DNA from: Candidatus Poribacteria bacterium
GTDB taxonomy: Bacteria; Poribacteria; WGA-4E; WGA-3G
Assembly (NCBI GenBank): GCA_965205025.1
Contig: CBDBFU010000002.1
Location: 224,001 to 288,000, forward strand
Length of the DNA: 64,000 nt
Reading direction: 5' to 3'
A program made the translations under genes and the position numbers. A model generated the notes under the pieces. That model had not been told where the DNA came from. It did no database searches and saw only the letters and a list, made by a program, of their open reading frames with translations. This document shows, in pieces, positions 20,070 to 30,658 of this stretch; within the stretch, counting starts at the first letter, position 1, and each line of letters begins with the position of its first letter.

Positions 20070-22457
20070 TTATACCTTGAGATGTTTATCCACGAGTTCT
20101 TCCAACATCGCCACCCATGCTTCTTGTGAATGCACATCTTCGTAGCGGGACATAATAATATTTCCATCTTTATCTACTAACACCATTGCTGGAAGTGGTC
20201 GCCATGGATTGATACCAAATTGGCGTGCCAAAGGACCATCATATCCACCACTATCATAAATATGCTGCCCAAGAAAGTTTTCTTCTCGGACTCTGTCACG
20301 AAATACTTCTTCGTTTTTCCACCCAGAAACGCTGACACCGATAAGGTCGAAGCCTTTTTCATGATACTTTCTGTATAATGTGTTAGTGTATGGTAGTACT
20401 TCTTCAGGATTTCCGAAATAGAGTAGGACAACTTTCCCTCTGAATGTAGTAGGTGATAATATGTTTCCCTCTATATCTACTGCAGAAAAATTGGGAATCA
20501 TGTCCCCAACCCGTGATGATTCTGTCCAGTTAACAGTTTGTCCCAACCAGTCTTGCCTGCAACTAACAGAAATGATCTTTCCATCACGATCAATAAGCCA
20601 CAGGGAAGGAATAAAATTAATACCGAAATACAGAGCAAGTTTACTTTCCCAACGTTTACCATCAAAAATCTGTACCCATGGTATTTCATGTTCCTCAACA
20701 TATTGGCGCAGTTCTGCTTCGTTTTCATCTAAACTCACACCGATGACTTCAAAACCTTTGTCGTAATGTTTTTTGTATATTTCTTTGATATACGGAATTT
20801 CTGGTGTACAATGAACACACCATTTTGCACAGAAGTAGAGAAGCACTAATTTACCTAGGTAATCTGAGAATGAAATCGGTGTACCATCAAGTGTAGTAGC
20901 AGAAAAATTAGGTAGTTCTAATCCCTCCCATGCTTTCTGTTCCCATCTAACTTCTGATAAATCTTGATGACCTGCCCACGGATATTGCTTTGATAATTCG
21001 GTTTCTCCCAAAGTTTGATAAATATCACCGAGACCGCGTAGAGCATACCAGTCGTCAGGACATTCTTCAAGTCGTTGTTGAAAGACAGTTCTGGCTTGAT
21101 TAATCAGTGTTTTACTCCTTTCTATCTGTTCGGAATTAGCGTCTGGATGAAGCATCAGTTTCCGATAGATATGGCAAGGCGTCTTGCCGTTCTCTTTGTA
21201 GAGTTTCGTAAGCCAATGGTACAATTCGTATCCGTCTTTCTGCTGTGCCCTTGCAAACAGTTTTTCAAGTGTAGGGAGCGTCAATTTAAAGAAAGTATTC
21301 TCATTTCCGTGTATAGGTTTATTATAACGTTTAATTGCGAAAAAGCATATTTCTATGTCATTCGGCAACAACTCTATTCCCTGTTCAAGATATGGGAATT
21401 CATCTTCTTCCACAATAATTGCTAATATTTTCGCTGCAGCCCCATTTTCCGGTTCTGATTCAAGCACATCTTCGGCAAATTCACGAAGTTCCAGATGCAT
21501 CGCTTCAGGAAAATCTGAGATATATTCATGAAGTTGTGCAGGTAGGGATGTCTTACCTTCAACAACACCTTTCCTGATTTTCGTTTTGAAGTACTCCAGA
21601 AGTTGGTCTTGGTCATTCTGAGTAAGTCTTCGTGGAGGTGCTTTTTTACGGTTCTCTTTTGATTTAAGATACACCTCCCAAATATCTGTATTATCGGATG
21701 GCGTATCAAGTAAGTCTTGTTGATCCTCCGATTGTTGCCCCAAGTTTTTCCGGAATGCAGCATTTTCCAAAGGAACAAAATCTCTACACTTTTTGATAAG
21801 TGAATTACATTTGTCAATTTTTTGTGAAATTGCCTTAGTGTCAGATGAATTTTCAAGGTGATTCTTGAAATCCTGAAGTTTATCTTTTAATGTCTTATAG
21901 ACTATATACGGGGTTATCCTATGCTGATGATAGAATGACTTTGCCTCCTGGTAACGAGCAGAATCCTCTTGTTCGATTGCCCATAAATAGAGATTTTCAA
22001 GTGATATTAGGACTTTCTCAATGTCCGCAAAGAAATAGTGATGTAGTCTAAAATCGTTTATGACAACTAAACTCATACCTGGGTCATTCGGTATCAACGA
22101 AAATGTATCCTCTATATGTGGATCATTTTTGGCATCCCAGTCTGAAATTTCAACAATTGTGCGCAATAAGGCTGCCGGTGCGTTTTTCGAATCAGATTGA
22201 AGGAAACTGTCGGTTAGATCTCGAACTTGCGGTAACATCTTTTTTGGAAGTCGCCATAAGTAATCGTGAAGCCCGGGTGGTAGTGCTGTTTCTCCATTGA
22301 TGACCCCTTCTTCAATCTTTTCTTTAAAATAAACGAGTAGTTTTTCCTGGGTTTCTTCATCTATTTCTGATATACCGCTTTCAGATGAGAGACCTTGGTT
22401 ATAAAGTGAATTGATAAAGGTGTACCAGAATTCTGTGGAATCGTATTTATTGGTCAT
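20070..22457 (-). CDS. TlpA-like double redoxin protein (paralog 2)
   Basis: FCAKWCVHC..EIP; first ~340 aa nearly identical to paralog 1. Confidence 0.85.
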   Translation of the reverse strand: MTNKYDSTEFWYTFINSLYNQGLSSESGISEIDEETQEKLLVYFKEKIEEGVINGETALPPGLHDYLWRLPKKMLPQVRDLTDSFLQSDSKNAPAALLRTIVEISDWDAKNDPHIEDTFSLIPNDPGMSLVVINDFRLHHYFFADIEKVLISLENLYLWAIEQEDSARYQEAKSFYHQHRITPYIVYKTLKDKLQDFKNHLENSSDTKAISQKIDKCNSLIKKCRDFVPLENAAFRKNLGQQSEDQQDLLDTPSDNTDIWEVYLKSKENRKKAPPRRLTQNDQDQLLEYFKTKIRKGVVEGKTSLPAQLHEYISDFPEAMHLELREFAEDVLESEPENGAAAKILAIIVEEDEFPYLEQGIELLPNDIEICFFAIKRYNKPIHGNENTFFKLTLPTLEKLFARAQQKDGYELYHWLTKLYKENGKTPCHIYRKLMLHPDANSEQIERSKTLINQARTVFQQRLEECPDDWYALRGLGDIYQTLGETELSKQYPWAGHQDLSEVRWEQKAWEGLELPNFSATTLDGTPISFSDYLGKLVLLYFCAKWCVHCTPEIPYIKEIYKKHYDKGFEVIGVSLDENEAELRQYVEEHEIPWVQIFDGKRWESKLALYFGINFIPSLWLIDRDGKIISVSCRQDWLGQTVNWTESSRVGDMIPNFSAVDIEGNILSPTTFRGKVVLLYFGNPEEVLPYTNTLYRKYHEKGFDLIGVSVSGWKNEEVFRDRVREENFLGQHIYDSGGYDGPLARQFGINPWRPLPAMVLVDKDGNIIMSRYEDVHSQEAWVAMLEELVDKHLKV

Positions 22458-22495
22458 AATGGTTCTCCTATTTTTTGGATAAGAAACAGTACGTT

Positions 22496-22515
22496 GTTAC
22501 AGACTGGAATGTAAC
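22496..22515. promoter_or_regulatory. Candidate operator GTTACA-N8-TGTAAC
   Basis: Upstream of paralog 2; arms identical to 20029-20048. Confidence 0.45.
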
Positions 22516-22592
22516 TCAATCTATTTCGGCAACTCTCCCACAGGGAGCAGTCGAATCTGCTTTCAGAGTAACGCGAGTTCAAAGATGTCTGC

Positions 22593-22730
22593 CTACTTTC
22601 TAATCCAAAAGTTCCTATATACAGACAGTAGAAGTGGTTCGGTGTCTTGTACCTCAAGACCTGCCATGAAAACACCTACTGTGATTAACATGAAAACGAC
22701 TAAGTAGTAAAACAATTTATATCGTACCAT
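22593..22730 (-). pseudogene. 45-aa ORF duplicating the signal-peptide region of the 22791-26567 TPR gene
   Basis: MVRYKLFYYLVVFMLITVGVFMAGLEVQD vs MLNSKSSFFLVVFMLITVGIFMASLEAQD; 22644-22704 nearly matches 26480-26541. Confidence 0.6.
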
Positions 22731-22790
22731 TGACACATATTTCCCTAAGACTATAACTATGTTAGATTTTGAATTATTTATGCATACTTC

Positions 22791-25700
22791 TCAATTATCT
22801 TGCCCATTGTTAAATTTCAAATCTTCAACTGGTTTTCCATCCACATCCGTAACCCGCAAATAGAATCCCCAACTTCGTTCCTCATTGCAAACCTTAACGA
22901 GGATGATGTTTTTGCCTGCCTTTAACGTAACTGGAATGATATCCTCATCAACAACTGCCCACCTAAATTGTGAAAACGCAAACACCTTTTTGCCATTAAA
23001 CCATATCTTCGCTTGATCATCACTGCCAAATCGAAGTTGTACTTCCCGTTCATCTGGAGTGGTCACGGTTGTCCATGCGTAGGAAACACGCCAATTGATG
23101 TTCCTACCGAGATCGATAAAGCCATCGAAAGCATCATCTGTAAACTTTTCCCAGCTTATTTGTCCGTCTATGCCTTCATATTTTGTAGTTAGGTCAAATT
23201 GTGTTGTGTTTTCGGAAATATACTTAGTGTTGTATCCGATACCCTCGGTGTTATCAAATTGTCCAAGAACCAACCATGCATTTTCATGAATCATGCCGGT
23301 TTGTCTCATCTGTTCCATTGCCTTTTCTAACATGTTGTTTTTACTATAGTATTCAGTTAAGCCAAGGCTGACATTTAAATGGAAGGTCGGTTTGGGAGGA
23401 GATGCGTTTAGCAACTCTTCGGCAGTTTTGAATTTCAAATCCTTAAACGGATTACCTTCCGCATTAGTAAGTCGAAAATAGAAATCCCAAGTTTGCCAAG
23501 CATTACAGACCTTAACAAGGATAGTGTTTTCACCTTTTATTAATGTCACAGGAATGGTGTAGCGGTCAATTCTTACCCCACTGGTTCTATCATGGCTAAA
23601 CACAGGTTTGCCGTTCAACCATATTGTCCCCTGGTCATCACTATCAAATCGCAATACAATGTCGCGAGTATCTGGAGAAGTAACAATTGCCCATGCGTAG
23701 GCAGCACTGTCATTGTTGATACCATCTTTATTACCAAAATCGAAGAGTCCATCTAATTTATTATCACTCGGTTTTTCCCAACTGATGAGTTGATCTCTTC
23801 CATAGTATTTTGCGGTTGTGTCAATTTGCGTGGTTTTCTCGGGGATGTATGCATATAGATACCCTCTTGAATCAATATTCTTAAACGGTCCGAGTGTTAT
23901 CCAACAAGTTTCTGGAATGAACCCACTTGTCAAAAGATAGTTTTCCGCCTTCTCAGACATATCATTTCCGCCATAGAATGCAGCAATAGTCCGATAAATA
24001 TTTGCGCGAGCATTTGAACTTTCCGGTGAAATAGAATTTATCAACGTATCCACCATTTGAATGTAACGTTCTTTGTCGTTAGCATACTTGATAGCTTCAG
24101 CGATTTCCTCCCAAAACATGTCTGAATAATGTTCATCGGATATAAGACTTAACGCATGTTTGAAATGTCTTAATGCCTCATCATAAAGTCCATTGGCGAT
24201 GCCTGCACGTCCAAGGGTTGTGGGATAGTCATGACTTGAACCCGTATTTTTTGAGAACGCACGTTTTGCGAAATTTAGTGCAGTTTCAGGGTAGAGTTCT
24301 TTGTCAAGTAGCGTATCAGCAAAATTACGATAACTGGATGCACTCTGTGCGCTGATAAGTGCTTTCTGCCGAATTTGCAGCCACTTGTCATAAGCGAGTT
24401 CAGCTTTGTCGGAATCACCTATTTTTTTGTAAAGATCACCTAAAAGTTCATGCAGGACAGCACTCTTGTCCATTTTCGGCAATTTTTGACGTATCTCTTC
24501 AAGGATAGCAATATGTTTGTTTTCTTGACCTTCGTTAGCGTAAAGTTCGATAATAGCGCGAATTGCAGAATCATGTTCGTCCTGTGTTAACGGTGCGTCT
24601 AATGCTCGACGGTACGTCGCTTCGACTTGTGATGGCTGCGCGGTTTTTATATAGGTTTTTGCCAATAGGTCGTAGAGTTGGTATGAAGTGGGTTCAAGTC
24701 CAATTGCTTTTTCATAAGCAGCTATTGACTTCGCCAATTGTTTGGGACTTAACTCCTCAGACACAGTGCCTGCTTCACGGTTCTCTTGCGGTAGATTTTG
24801 ATAGAGGTCACCAAGTTTTTTGTGCCACTGTGATTTTTCTGGTTCAAGTTCGGAGAGTCTTATATATTGTGCAATCGCTTCATCAATTTTATCAGTGGCT
24901 TCGTAGCTTTGTGCCAGTTTCAAGAGGCGTTTTGTATCGTTGGGATTTTCCTCAACCTGCTTCAGTTGCTCAGGTATCCATTTTTCATATAGTTTTCCGA
25001 CTTTTGCTACTTCGTTCATTCCATTTTTTGCTCTATCAAGCAGAAAGCTGCGGTCATCCATTTTTGCCATCTGTTGATATGCCTCAAAAGCATCTTCATA
25101 ACGTTTAACGCCCTGGTAACTTTTCGCAAGAACCATATACAAATACGTCAGATCCCATTCATCATTAGAACTCTGAGCTGCGGAATCGGCAAGTTTTATA
25201 GCCGGGACATACATTTTACTATCAAGGCAGATAGTAGCAAGTGCCCCGAGGAATAACGTATCCCCCTCCATGCTGCTGCCTGCAAGCGCAGTATCAGCTT
25301 GGGTCAACATTGCTTTCATCATATCAGACTGGTTGTTTTTATGGAAGGCAGCAGCTGCGTGATAAAGACTACGAACATTCCTACCCATCATCGGATCAGC
25401 TTTGCTAAGCTGATGGTATGCTTCGGCAGCTTTCTGATAATCGTTGGTATCCCAATAAATTTCAGCGAGCAGTTCAAGGATCGCAGGATTGGTAGCATCT
25501 TTCTCAAGTTTACCTTCGAAAAGGGTTCTCAATTCCTCAAGTTGACCTTGATTTTTATAGGCATTTATCAAGCTTTTACGTATATCATCACCACCGAATT
25601 TGACTGTAATACCGGATGAACTGAAAGTCATTGAGACACCCATTCGTATGATCTGCTTTGATTCGTAGAAGTCTAATGCCAAATCTGTCCTGTCTTGTTT

Positions 25701-26567
25701 TAAGTATACATTGAGCAATTCATTAGAGATTTCATTTCGTCTATAAATACTATTGGTCATTTCGAGTGCTGTCTTAAAAGCATTAGCAGCTTTTTGTAAT
25801 TCACCGGTATTACGAAAGTGTCGGGCACGTTGATTTTGCATCTCGAATGTGAGTGTACCTTCCGCTTCAGCTTTCTGTAACATATCTTCTAAATTCCCCT
25901 GATAACGATATAGGTTGACCAATTGCCGTTCAATCTCTTCTTGATTCCAACTTGATGTGGTGTGTGTCAGGGCGTTCTTCAATGCTTTTTCAGTAGCCAC
26001 TATGTCCTCATTGAGAAAATAATGTTCTGCGAGTCTGAGATAGATTTTTCTGTTGCCATATCCAAATGCAGTTGCTTTTTTATAGGTCTCGATAGCTGCG
26101 GCTTCATAACCTTCTGCTTCATAAAGTTTTGCAAGCCGTGCGTAATGTACGCCTACTTCTGGATATGTTTGAATATATGACTGCGCGATTTCAAGTGCCT
26201 CGTTGGGTTTACCAGCAGCTTGTAAGCTGTTAACAAGCTCTTCTTGATACTTTATATTTTCAGGATCAACTTCAAGCAACTCGCTATAGGTTTGTGCAGC
26301 TTTTTCGTACTGATTTGTGCGTGTGTAAAGCGTTGCGATCTGTAAGCGAGATTCGTCGTCTTCTGGTGCCGCTATTACGATTCGCTGGTAGATTTCTATT
26401 GCTTCCTCTATTTGGTTTTGCTCCACAAACTTCTCTGCCTTATTGATGAATTCTTGCAAAGGAGTGCTACTTTCCTCGGGGTCTTGTGCCTCAAGACTTG
26501 CCATGAAAATACCTACTGTGATTAACATGAAAACGACTAAGAAGAAAGACGATTTTGAGTTTAACAT
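22791..26567 (-). CDS. Large secreted TPR protein with two C-terminal PA14-like beta domains
   Basis: GGAGG RBS before ATG 26567, signal peptide, many TPRs, two W.xLG.F...SDDQ..IW.NG...G.N.ILVKVCN..W.FY domains. Confidence 0.85.
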   Translation of the reverse strand: MLNSKSSFFLVVFMLITVGIFMASLEAQDPEESSTPLQEFINKAEKFVEQNQIEEAIEIYQRIVIAAPEDDESRLQIATLYTRTNQYEKAAQTYSELLEVDPENIKYQEELVNSLQAAGKPNEALEIAQSYIQTYPEVGVHYARLAKLYEAEGYEAAAIETYKKATAFGYGNRKIYLRLAEHYFLNEDIVATEKALKNALTHTTSSWNQEEIERQLVNLYRYQGNLEDMLQKAEAEGTLTFEMQNQRARHFRNTGELQKAANAFKTALEMTNSIYRRNEISNELLNVYLKQDRTDLALDFYESKQIIRMGVSMTFSSSGITVKFGGDDIRKSLINAYKNQGQLEELRTLFEGKLEKDATNPAILELLAEIYWDTNDYQKAAEAYHQLSKADPMMGRNVRSLYHAAAAFHKNNQSDMMKAMLTQADTALAGSSMEGDTLFLGALATICLDSKMYVPAIKLADSAAQSSNDEWDLTYLYMVLAKSYQGVKRYEDAFEAYQQMAKMDDRSFLLDRAKNGMNEVAKVGKLYEKWIPEQLKQVEENPNDTKRLLKLAQSYEATDKIDEAIAQYIRLSELEPEKSQWHKKLGDLYQNLPQENREAGTVSEELSPKQLAKSIAAYEKAIGLEPTSYQLYDLLAKTYIKTAQPSQVEATYRRALDAPLTQDEHDSAIRAIIELYANEGQENKHIAILEEIRQKLPKMDKSAVLHELLGDLYKKIGDSDKAELAYDKWLQIRQKALISAQSASSYRNFADTLLDKELYPETALNFAKRAFSKNTGSSHDYPTTLGRAGIANGLYDEALRHFKHALSLISDEHYSDMFWEEIAEAIKYANDKERYIQMVDTLINSISPESSNARANIYRTIAAFYGGNDMSEKAENYLLTSGFIPETCWITLGPFKNIDSRGYLYAYIPEKTTQIDTTAKYYGRDQLISWEKPSDNKLDGLFDFGNKDGINNDSAAYAWAIVTSPDTRDIVLRFDSDDQGTIWLNGKPVFSHDRTSGVRIDRYTIPVTLIKGENTILVKVCNAWQTWDFYFRLTNAEGNPFKDLKFKTAEELLNASPPKPTFHLNVSLGLTEYYSKNNMLEKAMEQMRQTGMIHENAWLVLGQFDNTEGIGYNTKYISENTTQFDLTTKYEGIDGQISWEKFTDDAFDGFIDLGRNINWRVSYAWTTVTTPDEREVQLRFGSDDQAKIWFNGKKVFAFSQFRWAVVDEDIIPVTLKAGKNIILVKVCNEERSWGFYLRVTDVDGKPVEDLKFNNGQDN

Positions 26568-26656
26568 TGAAATATACCTCCTAATGAATTGTGAAACTAC
26601 AGATATCACAATTCCAAATAGTGTCCATTCATTTTATAAGTTTGATTATAGATGTT

Positions 26657-28714
26657 CTATTTGTTATCTTTTGCAACATCTGGATCTAATTCCTTCGCCT
26701 TCTCAAAATCTGCTTTTGCTGCATCCTGTTGTCCCAGAGCTTCTTTTGCAAGTGCCCGGTCAAAGTAGGGTTTGGCATACTTGGGGTCAAGTTGGATGGC
26801 TATATCAAAATCTTCAATAGCGCCGATAACATCATCCATAGCTGCTTTCACTGCTCCGCGAGTGTGGTAGAAGACAGCATTCTCAGGATCAAGTTCAATG
26901 GCTTCGTTGCTGTCAATTATTGCTGTCTGGTATAACGCTTGGACTACCTCCGTATTCCCCGTTTTGGCATTAGATTTCGCTAAGAGATGGTTCACCCATG
27001 CGCGATTGTTATAAGCACTACTATACTCTGGGTTTCGTTTAATAGCTTGCGTAGAGTCTGCAATTGATGCTTCATAAAACTGCAGCGCTTCTGCTGCATT
27101 ACCTTGGTCTGCCTTGAGGGTGCCCATTTCGGATTGGACATGCCCTCGACTGTGGTAGATTTCAACTTTCTCTGGGGCTATTTTGATAGCAGCAGTACAG
27201 TCTTCAATTGCTGCTTGATACAAATCTACTGCCCTCTCCACATTTCCTTTGGCGGCTTCGGAGGTGCCAAGGTTAGTTCGTAGAATAACCCGATTTCTGA
27301 ATGCGGATGTCCCTTTAGGGTTTAGTTTTATGACTTTTTCATAATCTGCTATTGCGCCTTCAACATCTCCGAGCCAGGACTTCGCAACACCACGGTTATT
27401 GTAAAAATTGGCATATTTAGGCCATAGTTTTATGGCTTTGTCATAATCGTTTATTGCGTCTTCATAGTTGCCAAGTTCAACTTTCGCAAGCCCTCTATTA
27501 TTGTAAAGACCTGCATCTTTAGGATTTAGTTCTATGGCTTTATCATAGTCGGCTATAGCTGCCTCATAATTTTCACGGGAAGCATACGCTCGCGCTCTAT
27601 TGAAATAGACCCTCTCCATCTCTGGGTTAAGTGCTAAGGCTTTGTCGTAATCAGCTATCGCACCTTCAAGATCGCCAAGTTCAACCTTTGCGAGACCACG
27701 ATTACAGTAAGCACCAAAGGCATCAGCATCAAGTTGGATAGCTCTATCGTAATCTGTTATTGCACCTTCAATATCACCGAGCTTAACTTTTGCGAGACCA
27801 CGATTATTGTAGGCGGGAAAGTCATCAGCATCGAGTTGGATAAGTTTATCATAATCTTCTATTGCGCCTTCAAAATCGCCAAGTTCAGCCTTCGCCAACC
27901 CTCGATTACAGTAAGCAGCCAAGTGATCAGAGTTAAGTTGGATAACTTTATTGTAATCTTCTATTGCACCTTCAACATCACCAAGTTTATTTTTCACGCC
28001 TCCTCGTTCGAAATAGGAATTCCTGAACTCAGGATTAAGTTTGATGGCTTTGTCAAAGTCAACTATCGCTCTGCGATAACGTTTCTTACTGTAATTCCAT
28101 ATTCCTTGAACATATTTTGCATAGGAACGGACAGATTTTCGCTTACGCCACTTTACCAAAGGCTCCGCTGGATCTAACCGATCAAGCAGGACTTTGAGCG
28201 GGTTTGAAGGAATGGCATGACCGTAAAAATCGCATGAACCAACAACAATTCCGATAACCTGTCTTTTATCATTTAGCACAGGACTGCCACTACTTCCATA
28301 AGATGTGTTGACGTTCATTCGAATCAATTTGTCACTTTCTCGGATGTTATGGACAGTGCCTTCTGTCACCTTATATTTACTGTTGGGAAATCCTACGACA
28401 GAAATAGGTTCACTACTCTGTACAATATCACTGTTGCCGCTTGGAAGTGGCGTGCCCTCCCCTACAACTTTTAGAACGACGAGATCGTTTTTAGCATCAA
28501 ATGCAGCAACCCCTTCAACTTGCCAAGTCGTCTTTTTGTCAACTGATTTTACGAAAACAGGTCTCCGAGGTGCGATGCCATGGATATTGGTCACAATCAT
28601 GTTTGGTTTTACGAAAAATCCGCTCCCGCTCCCGCCGAATGAAGGGATACGCGTCGTCTCTATACAGACTATGGAATTACTATTTTTTAGGTTTGTTAAG
28701 CCTTCTGTAGACAT
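26657..28714 (-). CDS. Trypsin-like serine protease fused to TPR repeats
   Basis: GSGFFV, TNIH, NDLVVL, GSSGSP (triad intact); AYNNRG-type TPRs; GAGGAG RBS before ATG 28714. Confidence 0.88.
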   Translation of the reverse strand: MSTEGLTNLKNSNSIVCIETTRIPSFGGSGSGFFVKPNMIVTNIHGIAPRRPVFVKSVDKKTTWQVEGVAAFDAKNDLVVLKVVGEGTPLPSGNSDIVQSSEPISVVGFPNSKYKVTEGTVHNIRESDKLIRMNVNTSYGSSGSPVLNDKRQVIGIVVGSCDFYGHAIPSNPLKVLLDRLDPAEPLVKWRKRKSVRSYAKYVQGIWNYSKKRYRRAIVDFDKAIKLNPEFRNSYFERGGVKNKLGDVEGAIEDYNKVIQLNSDHLAAYCNRGLAKAELGDFEGAIEDYDKLIQLDADDFPAYNNRGLAKVKLGDIEGAITDYDRAIQLDADAFGAYCNRGLAKVELGDLEGAIADYDKALALNPEMERVYFNRARAYASRENYEAAIADYDKAIELNPKDAGLYNNRGLAKVELGNYEDAINDYDKAIKLWPKYANFYNNRGVAKSWLGDVEGAIADYEKVIKLNPKGTSAFRNRVILRTNLGTSEAAKGNVERAVDLYQAAIEDCTAAIKIAPEKVEIYHSRGHVQSEMGTLKADQGNAAEALQFYEASIADSTQAIKRNPEYSSAYNNRAWVNHLLAKSNAKTGNTEVVQALYQTAIIDSNEAIELDPENAVFYHTRGAVKAAMDDVIGAIEDFDIAIQLDPKYAKPYFDRALAKEALGQQDAAKADFEKAKELDPDVAKDNK

Positions 28715-28826
28715 AATACTCCTCTCTAATATTATGGAAATATCCATACAGGTTAAGGTGGTGTGGGACTTTGGGGCAACGACAAAAATTTGAGAAAGAA
28801 ATGGTAAGTGAAGGCTATAGCATTTA

Positions 28827-30650
28827 TCAAATAGCGAGGTCCCACAGCAGCACCGTTCCATCACCGCTACCACTTGCAAGTGTCTTACCATCAGGACTAA
28901 AGGTGACACCCGTTACATACGCCGTATGTCCAGTGAACATCTTCAATTGCTCACTTGTCCTAAAATCCCAGAGACGAATAGTCTTGTCTTCACTTCCACT
29001 CGCCAGTGTTTTTCCATCCGGACTAAAAGCAACACTCCAAACGACAGAAGCATGTCCCATGAGTCCCCTTAGTTGTTGACCTGTAGCAGCTTCCCGAAGA
29101 CGAATCGTGTTATCGCCACCGCCACTTGCGAGCATTGTCCCATCAGGACTGAAAACCACACTATACACATCGTTTGCGTGTCCTTCATACGTTTTCAAGT
29201 GTGTTCCTGTCGCAATATCCCAAAGACGGATAGTTTCGTCCTGGCTTCCACTCACCAGTGTTTTTCCATCCGGACTAAAAGCAATACTATTAACTAAAGA
29301 ATCATGCCCTACGAGTGTCTTGAGGTGTGCACCTGTATTAGCATCCCATAGACGGATTGTGTTATCCCAACTACCACTTGCAAACATTGTGCCATCAATA
29401 CTGTAAGCAAGACTCGCAATTTCTCTGTGATCGGAATCAGAGTCCGTATGTCCTTTGAACCTATTTTGCTCTTGCCCTATGGCAGTATCCCATAAACCGA
29501 TAGCACCATCGTAAAACCCACTTAGAAGCGTGTTTCCATCTGGACTGAAGGCGATGCTATGAACGTTATAGGTCAGTGGTGTTTTCTGAGGATTTCTTGT
29601 GTTCATATCCCATAGATGAATGCCGGCATAACTTCCAGCTGCAAGCGTTGCGCCATCACTGCTGAACGCGACACAATTCACGCCATTGATATATCCTGCG
29701 ATTGTCTTGAGGTGTCGTCCTGTATGAACATCCCACAGGTTAATGCCACTATAATTATCGCCACTTGCAAGGACTGTGCCGTCGCCACCGAATCCGACAA
29801 ACTCTGCACTCCCGCCAAGTGATTTTTGATGTTGTCCAGTGTTAGCATCCCATAGATTAATTTCGTTTCCCGCGCTCGCAAGCAGCGTGTTATCAGGACT
29901 AAATGCAATGCTAACCACACGGCCATGACCTGTAAGCGTTTTGAGCGTTTCACCTGTATTTGCATCCCATAGGGAGATGGTATCGTTCCAACTTCCAGCA
30001 ACCATTTTACCATCAGGACTGAATACAACGCAAACATCCCGACTTCCATTCCTATACGACATAAGAGTTTTTCGGTGTTCTCCAGTGTTAGCGTCCCATA
30101 GGTGGATATATAGATGGATAGTACTGCCTTGTTGACTCCTTCCACCGCTCGCGAGTGTAGTACCATCAGAACTGAAAGCAATTCGTACAACGTCTTCCAA
30201 ACACTCTATGTGTGCTTTAATGTGTTCTGAATCTATGTCCCAAAGACAAATTGTTTTGTCTGAACTGCCACTTCCAAGTGTCTTTCCATCAGGACTGAAT
30301 GCAAGACTTGTGACAGCATCCGTATGTCCTGTCAGGGTTTTCTGCTGCTGTCCTGTGGTTACATTCCAAAGATATATTGTCTTATCATCCGATCCACCGC
30401 CACTTGCCAGTATCCTACTATCCAGACTAAATGCAAGACTTGTAACAACATCCGTGTGTTCTGTGAGCAGCGCAATCTCTTGATAGGTTTTGGTGTCATA
30501 TACCCGAACACCAATACTACTCGCTACAGCAAGGATAGTATTATCAGGAGAAAACTGTATCTGATTGATGACGCCTTTTGCAAAACGCGCTATAGCACTT
30601 TTAGGTAATTGGCTTGGATTCATTATATTTTTTATGTGATTCATAGTCAT
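28827..30650 (-). CDS. WD40 repeat protein
   Basis: LPKSAIARFAKG cap, repeated GH...V.S.AFSPDG..LASGS.D.TIRLWD. Confidence 0.93.
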   Translation of the reverse strand: MTMNHIKNIMNPSQLPKSAIARFAKGVINQIQFSPDNTILAVASSIGVRVYDTKTYQEIALLTEHTDVVTSLAFSLDSRILASGGGSDDKTIYLWNVTTGQQQKTLTGHTDAVTSLAFSPDGKTLGSGSSDKTICLWDIDSEHIKAHIECLEDVVRIAFSSDGTTLASGGRSQQGSTIHLYIHLWDANTGEHRKTLMSYRNGSRDVCVVFSPDGKMVAGSWNDTISLWDANTGETLKTLTGHGRVVSIAFSPDNTLLASAGNEINLWDANTGQHQKSLGGSAEFVGFGGDGTVLASGDNYSGINLWDVHTGRHLKTIAGYINGVNCVAFSSDGATLAAGSYAGIHLWDMNTRNPQKTPLTYNVHSIAFSPDGNTLLSGFYDGAIGLWDTAIGQEQNRFKGHTDSDSDHREIASLAYSIDGTMFASGSWDNTIRLWDANTGAHLKTLVGHDSLVNSIAFSPDGKTLVSGSQDETIRLWDIATGTHLKTYEGHANDVYSVVFSPDGTMLASGGGDNTIRLREAATGQQLRGLMGHASVVWSVAFSPDGKTLASGSEDKTIRLWDFRTSEQLKMFTGHTAYVTGVTFSPDGKTLASGSGDGTVLLWDLAI

Positions 30651-30658
30651 CTCATCCC

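Noticed and set aside
17561-22523. Diversity-generating retroelement TR/VR pair
   Set aside because: No reverse transcriptase in the window; duplication is ~1 kb of coding DNA and differences are not adenine-restricted
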